From a bacterium (lineage in GTDB: Bacteria > UBA10199 > 2-02-FULL-44-16 > JAAZCA01), in assembly GCA_021810905.1 (NCBI GenBank), contig JAJZQH010000014.1:12369-76368 (forward strand): a DNA stretch of 64,000 nt, in the 5' to 3' direction. The notes under the pieces were generated by a model. It was not told the DNA's origin. It saw nothing but the letters and a program-made list of their open reading frames with translations, and did not search any database. The stretch's first letter is position 1. Each line of letters begins with the position of its first letter. The position numbers and the translations under genes are program-made. Below, piece after piece: positions 55,566 through 64,000 of the stretch.

Positions 55566-55630
55566 GCCCCGGGTCATTTTGACGTCTTCTTGGCTGCTGA
55601 TGGACGCTCGTTCGTTCGGAAAGGTCTTTC

Positions 55631-56089
55631 ATGACGCGACTCAAGATATTGTTTCTCTGCACCGGCAACTCCTGCCGCAGCCAGATGGCGGAGGGATGGG
55701 CGAAGCATCTCCTTGGGGATGATGTCGAGGTATACTCCGCTGGCGTCGAGGCGCACGGACTCAATCCACGCGCGGTCAAGGTCATGGCCGAGGCGGGCGT
55801 GAACATATCCGGACAGAAATCGAAAACAATCGAGGAACTGGGCGATTCCACGTTCGATGTGGTCATAACGGTCTGCGACCGGGCGCGCGAGTCTTGCCCG
55901 ATCTTTCCCGGGAATGCTGAGAAGATCCATCGTTCTTTCGACGATCCGCCGAGCTTGGCCGAGGAAGCGAAAACCGAAGAGGAAGCCCTGGAGCACTACC
56001 GCCGCGTGCGCGATGAAATCCGCGCGTTCGTTGAAACATTGCTGGACATCTTGAACAACACGGGGAAAAAATCGGAAGAGCAGGCGTGA
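55631..56089 (+). CDS. arsC: arsenate reductase, LMW-PTP (thioredoxin-coupled) type
   Basis: P-loop [16 protein letters not shown], with downstream Cys in CDRARESCP. Confidence 0.88.
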   Translation: MTRLKILFLCTGNSCRSQMAEGWAKHLLGDDVEVYSAGVEAHGLNPRAVKVMAEAGVNISGQKSKTIEELGDSTFDVVITVCDRARESCPIFPGNAEKIHRSFDDPPSLAEEAKTEEEALEHYRRVRDEIRAFVETLLDILNNTGKKSEEQA

Positions 56090-56131
56090 ACAGACATCTC
56101 ACGCTGTAAATTTCGGGAAGATCCAGGAACG

Positions 56132-56560
56132 ATGAAAGATCAATACATCAAGAGCATTCTCTTTCTGTGTACGGGCAACGCCTGTCGCTCGCAGATGGCT
56201 GAAGGGTTTGCGCGTGAAATGCTGCCTCCGGGATGGCGGGTGTACAGCGCGGGAATTAAGGCGTCGGGCCTGAATCAGCGGGCGGCGGCGGTGATGAGCG
56301 AGGTCGGATTCGACATCTCAAGCCAGCGTTCAAAGACGCTGGACGAAATTCCCGTGGACGATATCGATTACGTGATCACGCTGTGCGGCCATGCGAGGGA
56401 CATGTGCCCAGTATTTCTACGTGCGGTGTTCACAGAGCACTGGCCGATAGACGACCCGATTCGATCCGAAGGAACGCCCATGGAGCAGCGGGTCTTTCGC
56501 AGTACGAGGGATGATATCCGGCGCCGCGTGCAGGACCTTGCGAGGCGTCTGAAGGGGTAG
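56132..56560 (+). CDS. arsC: second LMW-PTP-type arsenate reductase paralogue
   Basis: [16 protein letters not shown] and CGHARDMCP. Confidence 0.85.
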   Translation: MKDQYIKSILFLCTGNACRSQMAEGFAREMLPPGWRVYSAGIKASGLNQRAAAVMSEVGFDISSQRSKTLDEIPVDDIDYVITLCGHARDMCPVFLRAVFTEHWPIDDPIRSEGTPMEQRVFRSTRDDIRRRVQDLARRLKG

Positions 56561-56563
56561 TGA

Positions 56564-57511
56564 ATGTTCGATCTTATCGCCAGCAGGATCGTATACCGCC
56601 TGCTCTCATTCGAGCAAGGGACGTATGCAGGCGACGCCGTGCATTTTTTCGTCATGGACGTGATGAAGATCTTCGTGCTGCTCGCGGTCGTCATCACGCT
56701 CGTCAGCTATCTCCGCTCGTATTTTCCGGCGACGCGCTCGCGCATGTTGCTGGCCGGACGCAAGCGTTTCGGCTATCCCCTGGCCGGCGGCCTTGGAGTC
56801 CTGACTCCGTTCTGCTCGTGTTCGGCGGTGCCGATGTTCATAGGCTTCATCGAGGCCGGCATCCCGCTCGGCGTAACGATGACCTTTCTGATAGCGAGTC
56901 CCACCGTAAACGAGATAGCGATAGCGCTGCTCTTCGGGCTCTTCGGCTGGAAGGTGACGACTATCTATATAGCGAGCGGGCTCGCGATTGCGATCGTCGG
57001 CGGCATCATAATCGATGCGCTGAAGATGGAGAGGCACGTTGAGGACTACGTGTGGAATCTGCGCTTCGACAACGTGTCCGATGCGGTGATCCCTTCGCAG
57101 CGGGAGAGAATAGTACAGGCCGTCGCGCACATGCGTTCGATCATCTCGAAAATCTGGATATTCGTCTTCGTCGGCATCGGTATCGGCGCTACGATCCACG
57201 GTTTTGTCCCTGCATCGTGGATCGTGGAGCACTTGGGCGCCAGGCAGTGGTGGTCGGTGCCAGCGGCGGTGCTGATAGGCGTGCCGCTCTACGGCAACGC
57301 TGGCAGCACTCTCCCCGCGATTGGAGAGCTCATCGCCAAGGGCGTGCCGCTGGGCACGGCGCTGGCGCTCATGATGTCGATCACCGCGATCTCGCTGCCG
57401 GAACTCATCCTGTTGCGACGAGTGCTCAAACCCCGGCTGCTTGCGGTATTCGTAGGAATCGTTGCCGCGGCGATCGTCTGCGTGGGCTATCTCTTCAACG
57501 CGATCCTGTAA
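56564..57511 (+). CDS. arsP: ArsP-type permease (DUF318) with TPFCSCS motif
   Basis: Eight predicted transmembrane segments. Conserved VLTPFCSCSAVPMF, the motif reported for organoarsenical efflux permease ArsP (recalled from the literature, not searched). Confidence 0.75.
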   Translation: MFDLIASRIVYRLLSFEQGTYAGDAVHFFVMDVMKIFVLLAVVITLVSYLRSYFPATRSRMLLAGRKRFGYPLAGGLGVLTPFCSCSAVPMFIGFIEAGIPLGVTMTFLIASPTVNEIAIALLFGLFGWKVTTIYIASGLAIAIVGGIIIDALKMERHVEDYVWNLRFDNVSDAVIPSQRERIVQAVAHMRSIISKIWIFVFVGIGIGATIHGFVPASWIVEHLGARQWWSVPAAVLIGVPLYGNAGSTLPAIGELIAKGVPLGTALALMMSITAISLPELILLRRVLKPRLLAVFVGIVAAAIVCVGYLFNAIL

Positions 57512-57517
57512 ATATTA

Positions 57518-57555
57518 CCCCTCCTTTGTAAGGAGGGGTAGGGGAGGTAGATCCT
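57518..57555. repeat. REP-like unit CCCCTCC-TTTGTAA-GGAGGGG-TAGGGGAGGTAGATCC (same family as 24705-24794)
   Basis: Begins 7 nt after the arsP stop. Hairpin stem of 7 bp with a TTTGTAA loop. Near-identical to the inverted unit at 24758-24794. Confidence 0.7.
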
Positions 57556-57588
57556 TTCACTTCAAGTGGGGCAAGTTGACACGTCCAC

Positions 57589-58152
57589 GTGGATAAGGCT
57601 AAAACGCGCGGCATGGAAAACCTGATCAGGGAAATGCTCTCAAAGCTCGGCGAAGATCCTTCGCGCGAGGGGCTCCGCAAGACGCCAGCTCGCGTGAAGG
57701 AATCGCTCGGATTCCTGACCGAAGGTTATCGCCAGGACCCTCGCGCGCTCATCGAAAATTCTGTATATTCGGACAAGCACGAGGAGATGGTGCTCGTGCG
57801 GGATATTCCCATCTACAGCCTCTGCGAGCATCACCTGCTGCCGTTCTTCGGCACTGCGCACGTGGGTTACATTCCCAACGAAAAGATCGTGGGGATCTCC
57901 AAGATCGCGCGCATGGTCGATCTCTTCGCGCGCAGGCTCCAGGTGCAGGAGCGGCTCACCAATCAGATTGCTGAGACGCTCATGGAAGTACTCAAACCCA
58001 AGGGAGTGGCGGTAGTGATCGACGCGGAGCACCTCTGCATGCAGATGAGGGGAGTGCAGAAGCGCGGCACCTCGGTCGTCACATCCTCAATGCTCGGCGC
58101 GTTCCGCCGTAAGCCCGAGACGCGCGCGGAGTTCATGAATCTGATCAAGTAA
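57589..58152 (+). CDS. folE: GTP cyclohydrolase I
   Basis: CEHHLLPF and [16 protein letters not shown] are signature motifs. Start could be MENLIRE at 57613. Confidence 0.9.
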   Translation: MDKAKTRGMENLIREMLSKLGEDPSREGLRKTPARVKESLGFLTEGYRQDPRALIENSVYSDKHEEMVLVRDIPIYSLCEHHLLPFFGTAHVGYIPNEKIVGISKIARMVDLFARRLQVQERLTNQIAETLMEVLKPKGVAVVIDAEHLCMQMRGVQKRGTSVVTSSMLGAFRRKPETRAEFMNLIK

Positions 58153-58191
58153 ATCCCAAATTTCAACAACCCAGTTCTAAACAATTTTCAA

Positions 58192-58234
58192 CCTCCAAAA
58201 AATCAAACAATATCCTGGTGTTTGATTTTTGGAG
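58192..58234. terminator. bidirectional rho-independent terminator between convergent folE and the HEAT-repeat gene
   Basis: CTCCAAAAAATCAAACA then loop then TGTTTGATTTTTGGAG. A-rich and T-rich on both sides, in an AT-rich 115-nt gap. Confidence 0.6.
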
Positions 58235-58267
58235 CTTTGAAATTTTGGTGCTTGAAATTTGATATCT

Positions 58268-59650
58268 TCAACGCCTTTTGATGAGTCCCCTTCGGGTAGC
58301 TCTGTCGAGCGCTTTGAGGCCGGTTTCAGCGTGCTGACTCATCCAGGGAAAGGTTGCCGTGACCGAGCGGATGGCCGAGGCGGCTGCTTCGCGAGCCTCT
58401 GCATTTTGGGGATTGTTCAGGGCGTTGATGAGCGGAGGAACCAAGGTTTCAGAGGCTGCGGAACATGTGGACAAAAACCTTTGCGATGACCAGGTATGGA
58501 TATGCTCAAGGGCCAGCGCTGATTCTTTGCGCACGTCCGGACTTGGATCCTTGAGTCCTGCGGTGAGTGAGGAGAAGACGGCTTTTGCACCACAGATTGG
58601 AGAAGTATTACCGAACCATCTGAGTTCGCCGAGGGCCCAGGCTGCGGCGGCGCGAACCGGCGCGCTTTGGTTATTTTGATTCTGGGTGAGGGCTGCCATC
58701 AGGGCCGGCCCGGCCGCATCGGCCTTCATCCGGCCGAGGGCCCACGCTGCTGCTGCACGAACGTTTGCCGTTTCGTGATCATCGTTCAGGACGTCGATCA
58801 GGGCAGGAATGGCCGCCGGAGCGTCAATCATGCCGAGGGAGCGAGCCGACGCCTCGCGAACTTTCGCGTCTGGATCGTTCTTCAAGGCTGCAATCAGGGT
58901 GACAGCGCGGGCAGGTTCGATCGAAGCGCCATCAGGGACACGCCCCATGCCCTGAGCCGCATTTTCGCGAACGGTTGCATCCTGATCATTCTTCAGGGCC
59001 GCCATCAGGGCTGTAATCCGGGCAGGCTCGGCCTGGCTGTCATTAAAGGTCTGGGCGAGGATCCGAACGGTCACCCTTCGAACGTTCACATCTGGATCCT
59101 GCAGTTTTGGGACGAGGGCGGGCACGGCGTCGGTTCCCAGCGGGCCGGTCAGCATGAGAGCCGCTTCTTGGCGAATGCCGCGGTTGGGATGCTTCAGCGC
59201 CGCCTCGACGAGGGCGGGGACAGCAACCGGACCCATCCTCATGATGACGCCGAGGGCTTTCGCAGCGTCCCTATCTTTCACGCTCCCTGAACGGCTCATA
59301 CACGTGAGGAGAGGGAGGACCGCCGCAGGACCGATGGCGACAAGGTCGAGGATTGCGCGCTCGACGCTGGCATCATCGGAACTCTTCAAGTCCTGAATGT
59401 ACCGTGTAATCTGGCGCTGCTGGACTTGTGGCCCTGTCCCGACCTGTGCCACCACGTTGCCGCTCCAGAAAGAAGGAACGAACTTGGCGCCAGGGAAGAA
59501 CTTGGCGTTGATCGATCCGGCCGTATGGAATTCACCGCTCGCCATGTTGTCGTCGGAAGCGCCTTTGAGCGCCGGCGCCGAAGGCGGCGGTGATGGAGGC
59601 ACGCCTCCAACCAGCGCATTCCTGACCGCTTCAAGATTCTGTGTCTTCAT
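58268..59650 (-). CDS. HEAT/PBS-lyase repeat protein
   Basis: Multiple repeats ending in VR..A..AL (VRENAAQGMGRV, VREASARSLGMI, VRAAAAWALGRM, VRRVTVRILAQ). N-terminal Pro-rich region. Confidence 0.65.
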   Translation of the reverse strand: MKTQNLEAVRNALVGGVPPSPPPSAPALKGASDDNMASGEFHTAGSINAKFFPGAKFVPSFWSGNVVAQVGTGPQVQQRQITRYIQDLKSSDDASVERAILDLVAIGPAAVLPLLTCMSRSGSVKDRDAAKALGVIMRMGPVAVPALVEAALKHPNRGIRQEAALMLTGPLGTDAVPALVPKLQDPDVNVRRVTVRILAQTFNDSQAEPARITALMAALKNDQDATVRENAAQGMGRVPDGASIEPARAVTLIAALKNDPDAKVREASARSLGMIDAPAAIPALIDVLNDDHETANVRAAAAWALGRMKADAAGPALMAALTQNQNNQSAPVRAAAAWALGELRWFGNTSPICGAKAVFSSLTAGLKDPSPDVRKESALALEHIHTWSSQRFLSTCSAASETLVPPLINALNNPQNAEAREAAASAIRSVTATFPWMSQHAETGLKALDRATRRGLIKRR

Positions 59651-60019
59651 CTTTTCCTCCCTGCTTTTCTCAAGCTATCTGAGAACTCAAGATGGAGCAA
59701 GTGTTGCACGTGTACTTCATGGAATAACGGCACTACGATCTTTCGCTTTGGCTGATGATTTCTCGCCCCTTGTTTTCGTCGATCGTGGCGAAATGTTGCT
59801 ATCAAATTGAGCTCTCCAGAAATAAGGTGATCAGAAAGCTCCGAACAGTTGGACATCCTGTGTCGGGAGGAACGGATTTTGTTGTTGAGATCGCTCTGAT
59901 ATTTCGAAATGTGAGGACTCTCGGAGATCCTCATCTTTTCCGAGCAACTTTTTCTGCGCCTGAGCGATAAGAGAGAGGATCCTCTTGCTTCCGGAATCGG
60001 AACGAGGGGAGGGTCGACC

Positions 60020-61642
60020 ATGGATATGATGAATACGACATCAAGCGGGTTTTGGATGTACTCCCTGGCTGTGGCTGCGGGTACGGAGGCAGAGTTGCCC
60101 GATTTTCCGCAAGAATCCGGCCAACCGGAATTCGCGGTGGCGGCAGATGACGGCGCGTCCTCGTCGTCGCTTGAAGCCCTGCCGCGCGATGTCACGGCAG
60201 GAAGGCCCTTCGGGCGCTCGGCCGCGCGCTTCGCCGCGGATGCATCAGCGCTTGAGGAGCTGGCGGGCCCGATCCTGACGCGTGAAGGAAAGGACAGCGC
60301 CGAATGCAACCGCCAGTTGACGGCATCTGGAAGTTCCCCCCTCGGGAACGTCGGGCGAAGGGATGGATCGGACGAACACGGCCTGCAATGTGCATCAAAG
60401 GGAGATCGCTCCAATGTCGTTCGCGAGGCGATCCAGGTTCTGCGCACGGATTTGCGCGCGACTGAGGCGGCTGGGAAGGAAGAGGAAGTGGCCTATCTGC
60501 GCTCGCGCGATGCGATCGCTGCTTTACTCAGGGTTCTGCGGGTTGGAGAGCGCGAATATGACGATGCTGCAGCGGAGAGGGCTTTTGTCCTGCGGGAACT
60601 GCTTCCGATCGCCCATCGCGTCTACGAAGAAATTGCGGCTCTCAAGAATCCAGCGAGGTTTTTTTTGCGCGGCTGGTTTGGGATCCAGGAGCTTCTCCCA
60701 CGGTATCAGGTCTCTGAGCTCTTTCCCCTTCTCACGGAATTCCCTCCGCCATTCCAGCGAGACGTGCTGAGCATGGTCCTGCGTGGGCCTGTTACATCCC
60801 ATGCGCCCAGAGAACTGGAGGCGTTTCTCGGGCGGCCTGAGGTCTTTGAGCATCTGCTTTTTCAGATACCTGCGTTCATGACCGAAGACAGACCAATTGT
60901 TTCATGTATTGATGGTGAAACGCTTCCTTCGGTCCTTCTCAAGAGGATCGTGAAGACGGATTTTGCCCTCAGGTTCCCTGCATTGTGGAAGGCGTTGGGG
61001 GCCGCATCGCTCGCTTCGTCCAGGATGGCGCTTGCCGTGATCGAGGCCTATTTGATGAGCGACCATAACAACGCACAGCCCTTTGTGAGGGGGATGGCGT
61101 CAGCGATCAGAAGCGGCGCGATCTCTTTGCCGGCTGCCCTGGCGACGCTGGACCGCATTCGCAAAGGGATGTCGGTTGAAGCCATCGCACCGCTCTCCTT
61201 TGACGGCGATCCGCTCGTCTCATCGCTGGCTGCCAGAGCTCTCGTGGTATGCGGCAACACGAAGAAGCTCGCGGATGTCGTGAAGGGGTGGATTCGGCGC
61301 GGTGCGTGGGAGAGGGCCTTTGAGACGATCAATGCGGCAACGGTATTTTCTCAGGGCGAAGAAGGAACGGTGTCGAGGCTGAAACCCCGGGAGATCGTGC
61401 TCTTCGTCTCCGTCGTCGAGCGGATGCTCGCGTCGGACAAACCTCGCCTGCGTTCGAGCGCCCTGACGCTCCTTCTGAGGATCGCGCCGGAGAGAGCGGA
61501 AGAAGCGCTTGTGGCAGCAGCCCGCGATTCGGATGCCGCCGTACGAAGGCGTGCGGAGGCATTGTCTGCCGCTCTTCCGCCATCACGGGATCAAGCCGCG
61601 GAAGATGAAGAGCGCGACGATGGCGATCCACTTCCCGAATAA
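60020..61642 (+). CDS. hypothetical protein with C-terminal HEAT-like repeats (540 aa)
   Basis: GGGGAGGG ribosome-binding site before ATG 60020. Ends in HEAT-like SSALTLLLRIAPERAEEALVAAARDSDAAVRRRAEAL. Divergent from the HEAT gene. Confidence 0.5.
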   Translation: MDMMNTTSSGFWMYSLAVAAGTEAELPDFPQESGQPEFAVAADDGASSSSLEALPRDVTAGRPFGRSAARFAADASALEELAGPILTREGKDSAECNRQLTASGSSPLGNVGRRDGSDEHGLQCASKGDRSNVVREAIQVLRTDLRATEAAGKEEEVAYLRSRDAIAALLRVLRVGEREYDDAAAERAFVLRELLPIAHRVYEEIAALKNPARFFLRGWFGIQELLPRYQVSELFPLLTEFPPPFQRDVLSMVLRGPVTSHAPRELEAFLGRPEVFEHLLFQIPAFMTEDRPIVSCIDGETLPSVLLKRIVKTDFALRFPALWKALGAASLASSRMALAVIEAYLMSDHNNAQPFVRGMASAIRSGAISLPAALATLDRIRKGMSVEAIAPLSFDGDPLVSSLAARALVVCGNTKKLADVVKGWIRRGAWERAFETINAATVFSQGEEGTVSRLKPREIVLFVSVVERMLASDKPRLRSSALTLLLRIAPERAEEALVAAARDSDAAVRRRAEALSAALPPSRDQAAEDEERDDGDPLPE

Positions 61643-61986
61643 TGTTGTCATCTCATCCCAAAACTCCCGTAACAGCGGATTCAAATCGCTCTGAAGACAA
61701 GACCGGGATTGAGTTTGACGCGGTCGCCGTGCCCCACGAGTTCCCGCCCATTGCGATTGGCCTGAAGAGAGAGGTCGTGCGCCGAGTCGTCCTCACAGTC
61801 CCCTCAGACGGAGCGAAATGGAGAAAACGCACGATAAATGCAGCCAGCATCGCTGCCTGCTCCTGCTCCGTCGCACGGAAACCCCACTGTCCTGCTCCGT
61901 CTGCACTCTTCGTCTGCAATTCACTCTTGAAGCCCGGAGGCTGCGATGATACTGCGGTGTCGGTCTTCAACCTCCAGGAGTTTCCC

Positions 61987-62367
61987 ATGGCGGTCTTCAC
62001 CTACATCTGGGAGTTCATCGTTCGACCGGAACACATGGCGGCGTTTGTGGCTGCTTATGGGCCCGGGGGAGATTGGGTGAGGTTCTTCAGTCGCGATCCC
62101 CTCTACCTCGGGACCGAGCTGCTGCGCGACCGCGAGCGTCCGGAGCGCTTCATCACCAGGGACAGCTGGGCGACGCGCGATGCGCGTTTCTCGTTTCGCG
62201 AGCGTTTCCGCGCCGAATACGACGCGATCGACGCGAGGTGCGAGGCCTTCACGCACGAAGAACGCCGCCTCGGGGATTTCGAGGTCGTCGCCGGCCATCT
62301 CTCCTCTTCGGATCAGGCAGAGGGCTACCGGTTTCCGATCGGCCGTATGGGAAGTTCGTCGAGATGA
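61987..62367 (+). CDS. antibiotic biosynthesis monooxygenase (ABM)-like small protein
   Basis: MAVFTYIWEFIVRPEHMAAFVAAYGPGGDWVRFF fits the ABM/ferredoxin-like fold pattern. The upstream in-frame extension was judged non-coding. Confidence 0.55.
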   Translation: MAVFTYIWEFIVRPEHMAAFVAAYGPGGDWVRFFSRDPLYLGTELLRDRERPERFITRDSWATRDARFSFRERFRAEYDAIDARCEAFTHEERRLGDFEVVAGHLSSSDQAEGYRFPIGRMGSSSR

Positions 62368-62439
62368 TCTTGATTCGCAACGCGGCGCTCGATGACCTTC
62401 TCGTGCCCCGGCATGATGCTGTCGCAGGCGATCAAGTGA

Positions 62440-63855
62440 TCAGATTGCCCTGAACACGATTCCCGGCGTCAGTTTGACGCGATCGCCATGCGCGACGAGT
62501 TCCAGCTCATTGCGATTTCCCTGCAGATAGCGATCATGTGCAGGGTCGTCGTCGAAAATGACCGTTACGTCACCCCTCAGCGCCCTGACATCGCTTTTAT
62601 CCGTGCCTCTTGGACGGGTGATCAGCGCGTGAGCACGGGAGAGCTGGCTCCTGGGATCATGCAGGGGGACGTAGTAAAGTTTCCCGGCTGGATGATTCCT
62701 GAAAAAGTACTCGATCGCCTCGTTAATCCTTTGTCGTGTGGCGTTGTCCCAATTTTCTCCACCGCCTCTGCCGATGATGTAACCGACCTCTTCATCTGGC
62801 AAAGTGAATGCATACATGCTTCGCGCCGCATCCCATGCAAAGGGAGTGGGGAGCATGATGTTCGGATTATCCCATCGGCCCGTGGTCGGATCAAAGGCGT
62901 AGGCGAGCTGCACCGGAGACCAGGTGAGCTGCTGGAATGGGATCTCTCCTTTTTCATAAGGGGTTCGCTGGACCATCGCTCCAGCCATATTGCCTACCGT
63001 TGCAGCGCCGGGTACGGCTGACGCGCCATTCTGCTGGGGCGCCGGTGCGACACCTCCGACTGTCTGATACACGGACCGGCGTGCGCCTGTCGCGGGCGCT
63101 GCAGCGCCGTTGGGGACAACGGTGAATCCTGTCCTGGAGGCGCCAACGAAAGTCTCATGGCTGAATCCTCCCATATGCGTGACCGTCCTTGAAGCATTTG
63201 AAAAATCATCCACGCCGCGACGGATATCTTCGTTGGTTCGCGGCAAGACCTTGATCCATTGTTCGGGTATGCCCATGCTGCTGAAGACGCTGAAAAAATC
63301 GGTGTGTCCGTCTTCCACGCCAAGGCCGGCGAAAATATGTCGTCCGGTGGCAAGCATCGATTCCACCCGGCTCCGAATCGCGTTGACATCGCCGCCATCG
63401 GTATCAGCGCCGTCCGTCATGAGCCATGTCATCGTATAAACCGAGCGCCCCCGCTCAAATCCTCTTACGGCTGCTTCGATCTCGTCGAGGGCCACCGGAA
63501 TCTGTCGATACAGGGGGGTCGAAAGGCTGGGACGATAATTTTCCCGATTCATCCGCGGCGCGGATTTCGGCGGCTGGTACTTATCAGACAATCCGCCACC
63601 ATTTAAGAATCGCGTCCTGATCAGCACTTCCTGTTCGGCACCCTGATACCTGGTCAGCAGGTCATTATGCGCATCCCTGATGGCGCCGTCATTACGATAA
63701 CTCGCGATAGAGCTGGAGTCGTCAACGATGCCGGTGACCAATATCAATGGAGGTTGTTCGACAATCTCTATTTCTGATTCTGCTTCTGCTTCAGCTGCGG
63801 CAGGAAGCAACAATGCTAATTCCGGTATGGAGCCTGCTCCTGGAATGTTTGCCAT
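62440..63855 (-). CDS. vWA domain protein with uncharacterised C-terminal domain (471 aa)
   Basis: N-terminal vWA: LILVTGIVDDSSSIASY (MIDAS-like DxSxS) ... TWLMTDGADTD. C-terminal 250 aa unknown. The operon continues outside the window. Confidence 0.6.
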   Translation of the reverse strand: MANIPGAGSIPELALLLPAAAEAEAESEIEIVEQPPLILVTGIVDDSSSIASYRNDGAIRDAHNDLLTRYQGAEQEVLIRTRFLNGGGLSDKYQPPKSAPRMNRENYRPSLSTPLYRQIPVALDEIEAAVRGFERGRSVYTMTWLMTDGADTDGGDVNAIRSRVESMLATGRHIFAGLGVEDGHTDFFSVFSSMGIPEQWIKVLPRTNEDIRRGVDDFSNASRTVTHMGGFSHETFVGASRTGFTVVPNGAAAPATGARRSVYQTVGGVAPAPQQNGASAVPGAATVGNMAGAMVQRTPYEKGEIPFQQLTWSPVQLAYAFDPTTGRWDNPNIMLPTPFAWDAARSMYAFTLPDEEVGYIIGRGGGENWDNATRQRINEAIEYFFRNHPAGKLYYVPLHDPRSQLSRAHALITRPRGTDKSDVRALRGDVTVIFDDDPAHDRYLQGNRNELELVAHGDRVKLTPGIVFRAI

Positions 63856-64000
63856 GGCGATTTCCTTTGCTGTTCATGCGTTTCATCGTCTTTATCGGCG
63901 GTTTACATGGATAGTTGCGTAATAAATGCAGGAGTCAAAAAAAAGGTCGGCCAGGATCGGAAAAGGCGTTTCTCCTGATTCCTACACCATGTAATATTGG

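Noticed and set aside
59647-60447. 266-aa minus-strand ORF overlapping the start of the 60020 gene
   Set aside because: Ser/Arg/Pro-rich low-complexity translation. The plus-strand gene has a strong ribosome-binding site. Kept the plus-strand call, though the N-terminal 140 aa of that gene is itself low-complexity and uncertain.
61642-61986. N-terminal 115-aa extension of the ABM-like ORF
   Set aside because: No ribosome-binding site at 61642. The conserved ABM fold starts at MAVFTYIWEF with its own CAGGAG ribosome-binding site.

Overview
High-GC (about 60%) bacterial chromosomal segment with Gram-negative-type outer membrane genes. Several features suggest an anaerobic lifestyle: a ferredoxin, an MvhD/FlpD-like protein, and arsenic-resistance genes of the arsD, arsA and thiol-coupled arsC types. 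I could not run tRNA, rRNA, CRISPR or homology searches, so all calls come from reading the six-frame translations and the DNA directly.

Content, in order along the window:
- Sensor kinase and response regulator pair (1-2091, minus strand), then pyk, a DUF2892 membrane protein and era.
- Two hypothetical proteins, then two long inverted-repeat elements in the convergent gap after a single-chain gltB (7823-12259, minus).
- tRNA with CAU anticodon (12574-12647) followed by a strong terminator.
- A lower-GC block (12.7-15.8 kb) holding a PPC-domain protein, a PAS protein and a large hypothetical protein.
- A lipoprotein, then der, yihY, a hydrolase, yfgM-like and bamB-like genes, and an OmpA-family porin carrying unusual two-cysteine tandem repeats.
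- guaB and guaA.
- An AT-rich, probably acquired block (28.1-33.0 kb) of uncharacterised secreted and repeat proteins.
- dnaE, hflX, pgsA, a metallophosphoesterase, lipB, a non-canonical DAC-domain (c-di-AMP cyclase-like) gene, a DsbD-like gene and a GMC oxidoreductase.
- A long arsenic island (about 46.9-57.5 kb): arsR, ACR3, tandem Usp, arsD, a HesB-like gene, arsA, then a non-standard redox and Fe-S module, then arsC, arsC and arsP. The module is SufC-like, SufBD-like, MvhD/FlpD-like, ferredoxin, membrane-anchored thioredoxin-like, CcdA, small thioredoxin and AhpD-like.
- folE, HEAT-repeat proteins, an ABM monooxygenase-like gene and a vWA protein at the right edge.

The most unusual signals:
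- At least three families of short palindromic, REP- or MITE-like repeats. One copy is inserted in-frame inside gltB, with a near-identical copy in an intergenic hairpin cluster at 43.1 kb.
- A family of hairpin elements with TAGT/CGTTAG arms sitting in 5-prime leaders of four genes.
- The arsenic-embedded thiol and Fe-S redox module, which includes an apparently truncated SufC.
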